A stretch of 37,436 nt of DNA. It comes from Caldilineaceae bacterium. Its GTDB lineage: Bacteria > Chloroflexota > Anaerolineae > Caldilineales > Caldilineaceae. Position numbers and translations under genes: made by a program. Shown one piece after another: positions 35,778 to 37,436 of this stretch (position 1 is its first letter; each line of letters opens with the position of its first letter). The stretch is taken from NCBI GenBank assembly GCA_019455155.1, contig JACFMY010000006.1:1-37436 (forward strand). Direction: 5' to 3'. The notes below the pieces were generated by a model. The model was not told the origin of the DNA, did no database searches, and saw only the letters and a program-made list of their open reading frames with translations.

Positions 35778-37241
35778 ATGCCAACAAAAAAACACACCAG
35801 TAGTCTGATGTTTGCGCTGGTATTTGTCATAGCCGTGTCCATTCCGCTTTACGCGCAGAGCGGGGATACGGTCGATCCGGGAGGCACAGGGGAGACAGCG
35901 AATGTCTTCTTGCCGCTCGTGACCATCAGTGAAAAGCAGGCGACGATCCCGCCCCCACCAGAGGCCACGCCCACACCGACGCCGCTGGCTAGTCCTCCTG
36001 CTACCCCTACACCGACGCCGCCGCCGGTGCAGACCGAACCCCCCGGCTTTGACATTGAGCCGTACAGCGGCGCGCCGGAATGCAGTAGCCACAATGACAT
36101 CGCTTGGCACGGCCTCTGGGACGGCGAGCGCGGCTGCCACTACGATCATGAACACGGCGCCAATCCAGCTTCGCTTGATGTCCTGTTTGGGCCGTGGGCC
36201 GCGGATTGGGGGGGCCAGCAGATCAGCTATCCATGGCAGACCTTTAAGGACCATGATGGCCAACGCACCATGGAGAACGATGCCAAGCACGGAGGGTACA
36301 AGGTCTGGTCGGGCTGGTTGCCCGCCGGGGGGAAGCGCGATCTGAACTGGCAGCCGGAAGGTCTGAACTGGATTGCTGCCGTGCGCTATGAACATCATTC
36401 AAAGGGCTTGGGCGATCCGTTGGTACGCCACCACAGCGCGTACGCACAGTATCTTGTCTGTACATCCTTCCCGCACACGTGGAACGATGTGGCGGCCAAC
36501 TGCGGCTTTGTCAGCGGCGGTGGCTGGAACGACTATGGCGTGCTGCACTGCGACTACAAGGACCACTTCTGCGCCGGTTCTAACGAGGTCTGGCAAGGGC
36601 AGGATGTAAATGGCGACCCGTACCGGGCCATTGACCTGTGTTCGAGTATGGAACCGAAGCTCTATTGGGAGGGAGAGAGCGACGTAAAGGGCAAAGGCGC
36701 TCGTCTGTGGGACAGCTCGGCGTCTGGCGACACCTTCCAGCTCTGGACCACAGGGCCCAACAACACCGGCTGGAACAAACATGTTGGGCTGTTTACCAAT
36801 ACCTATGACCGCTCGAGCTGTGCCATCGAACAGAGCGGCACGACTACGGAGCATCTGATTGACGACCTTGCCGGCCAGCGAACCCGGTTCAACAACACCG
36901 AACAGCTACCCTTTACACTGTGGGTGTGGGTCAACCCGAACTGGGATGGCGGTGCGCTCGATGAAGACGGCGTGAAGAACGGCCGCGTCACCATGAACGC
37001 CTTCACCGACCTGACCGGTGAACTGGTCCCAGGCTGCACCGCGGCCGGGCCCGAATGTATCCCTTACCGGTTGGATCACGTACCGGTAGGCTGGGCATCG
37101 TGGAATGTCCCAACGGAGAATGGCAAGGTATTGCCCAACGGCATTCAGTGGAACTGCCCTGTCGGCCAGTGTACCTTCGGGCTTGAGGATCGGGATATCA
37201 ACTCCGTGCCCGATTGGTGGATCGATCCGGAAGTGAACTAA
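35778..37241 (+). CDS. Secreted Cys- and His-rich hypothetical protein with Pro/Thr linker
   Basis: AAAGGAG RBS and signal peptide ...VSIPLYA-QS. PT-rich linker (PPPPEATPTPTPLASPPATPTPTPPP). 12 Cys in the mature domain. His clusters CHYDHEHG and YEHHSKG...VRHHS. No family is recognised. Confidence 0.7.
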   Translation: MPTKKHTSSLMFALVFVIAVSIPLYAQSGDTVDPGGTGETANVFLPLVTISEKQATIPPPPEATPTPTPLASPPATPTPTPPPVQTEPPGFDIEPYSGAPECSSHNDIAWHGLWDGERGCHYDHEHGANPASLDVLFGPWAADWGGQQISYPWQTFKDHDGQRTMENDAKHGGYKVWSGWLPAGGKRDLNWQPEGLNWIAAVRYEHHSKGLGDPLVRHHSAYAQYLVCTSFPHTWNDVAANCGFVSGGGWNDYGVLHCDYKDHFCAGSNEVWQGQDVNGDPYRAIDLCSSMEPKLYWEGESDVKGKGARLWDSSASGDTFQLWTTGPNNTGWNKHVGLFTNTYDRSSCAIEQSGTTTEHLIDDLAGQRTRFNNTEQLPFTLWVWVNPNWDGGALDEDGVKNGRVTMNAFTDLTGELVPGCTAAGPECIPYRLDHVPVGWASWNVPTENGKVLPNGIQWNCPVGQCTFGLEDRDINSVPDWWIDPEVN

Positions 37242-37246
37242 GCAAG

Positions 37247-37274
37247 CTGGGGAGGGGCGCCCGCCCCTCCCCAG
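37247..37274. terminator. GC-rich palindrome between convergent genes (candidate bidirectional terminator)
   Basis: CTGGGGAGGGGCG-cc-CGCCCCTCCCCAG has 13-nt complementary arms. There is no U-tract. Confidence 0.45.
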
Positions 37275-37308
37275 TGGATTATCTCTGCTGCTGCCCCATA
37301 GTCTGGCG

Positions 37309-37436
37309 CTATTGGCCGGCGGTAATCACTTTTCGGCTGCCATACAGCTGCCGGTAATACTCCTTGAACTCACCGTTACGGATGGGTTCCCACCACCACC
37401 GGTTCTCCACATACCAGCGCACGGTCATGCGAATGG
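37309..37436 (-). CDS. 3' end of an unidentified CDS continuing beyond the window
   Basis: The minus-strand frame is open to the window edge and ends in TAG (37311-37309). It translates as ...IRMTVRWYVENRWWWEPIRNGEFKEYYRQLYGSRKVITAGQ*. It is too short for the ORF track, and its codon usage resembles neighbouring genes. Confidence 0.35.
   Translation of the reverse strand, partial: IRMTVRWYVENRWWWEPIRNGEFKEYYRQLYGSRKVITAGQ

Overview
High-GC bacterial chromosomal segment. The protein families suggest a Chloroflexota-like genome (inference only: GT-C glycosyltransferases with repeated C-terminal modules, a Ycf45-like AAA+R3H ATPase, DarA next to tmk). I support 30 protein-coding genes, mostly housekeeping or envelope functions. 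They include three tandem GT-C (GT39/ArnT-like) glycosyltransferases, a gmk-rhomboid-malQ operon, tmk and darA, a Ycf45-like ATPase coupled to a tandem-GNAT protein, a penicillin-acylase-family hydrolase and a LysM-S9 hydrolase. Also present are a HAD phosphatase, a MOSC/ATP-grasp pair, a SnoaL/ABM/FGE-like trio, a sugar ABC importer, an AAC(3)-family acetyltransferase, gcvP, a TrkA-gated K+ channel and two unknown secreted proteins. I saw no rRNA, tRNA, CRISPR array, transposase, integrase, phage or recognisable defence genes, so this looks like core genome rather than an island. Non-coding features the ORF track does not explain are a glycine riboswitch with terminator upstream of gcvP, three tandem 57-nt units that each fold as a minus-sense hairpin between gcvP and the AAC(3) gene, a 13-bp-periodic palindrome array, and several long inverted repeats. 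I could not identify a convincing new multi-gene system. The hairpin array, the ATP-grasp/MOSC neighbourhood and the two secreted unknowns are the best candidates, and all need database or experimental checks. All homology calls rest on recognising motifs by eye, not on searches.
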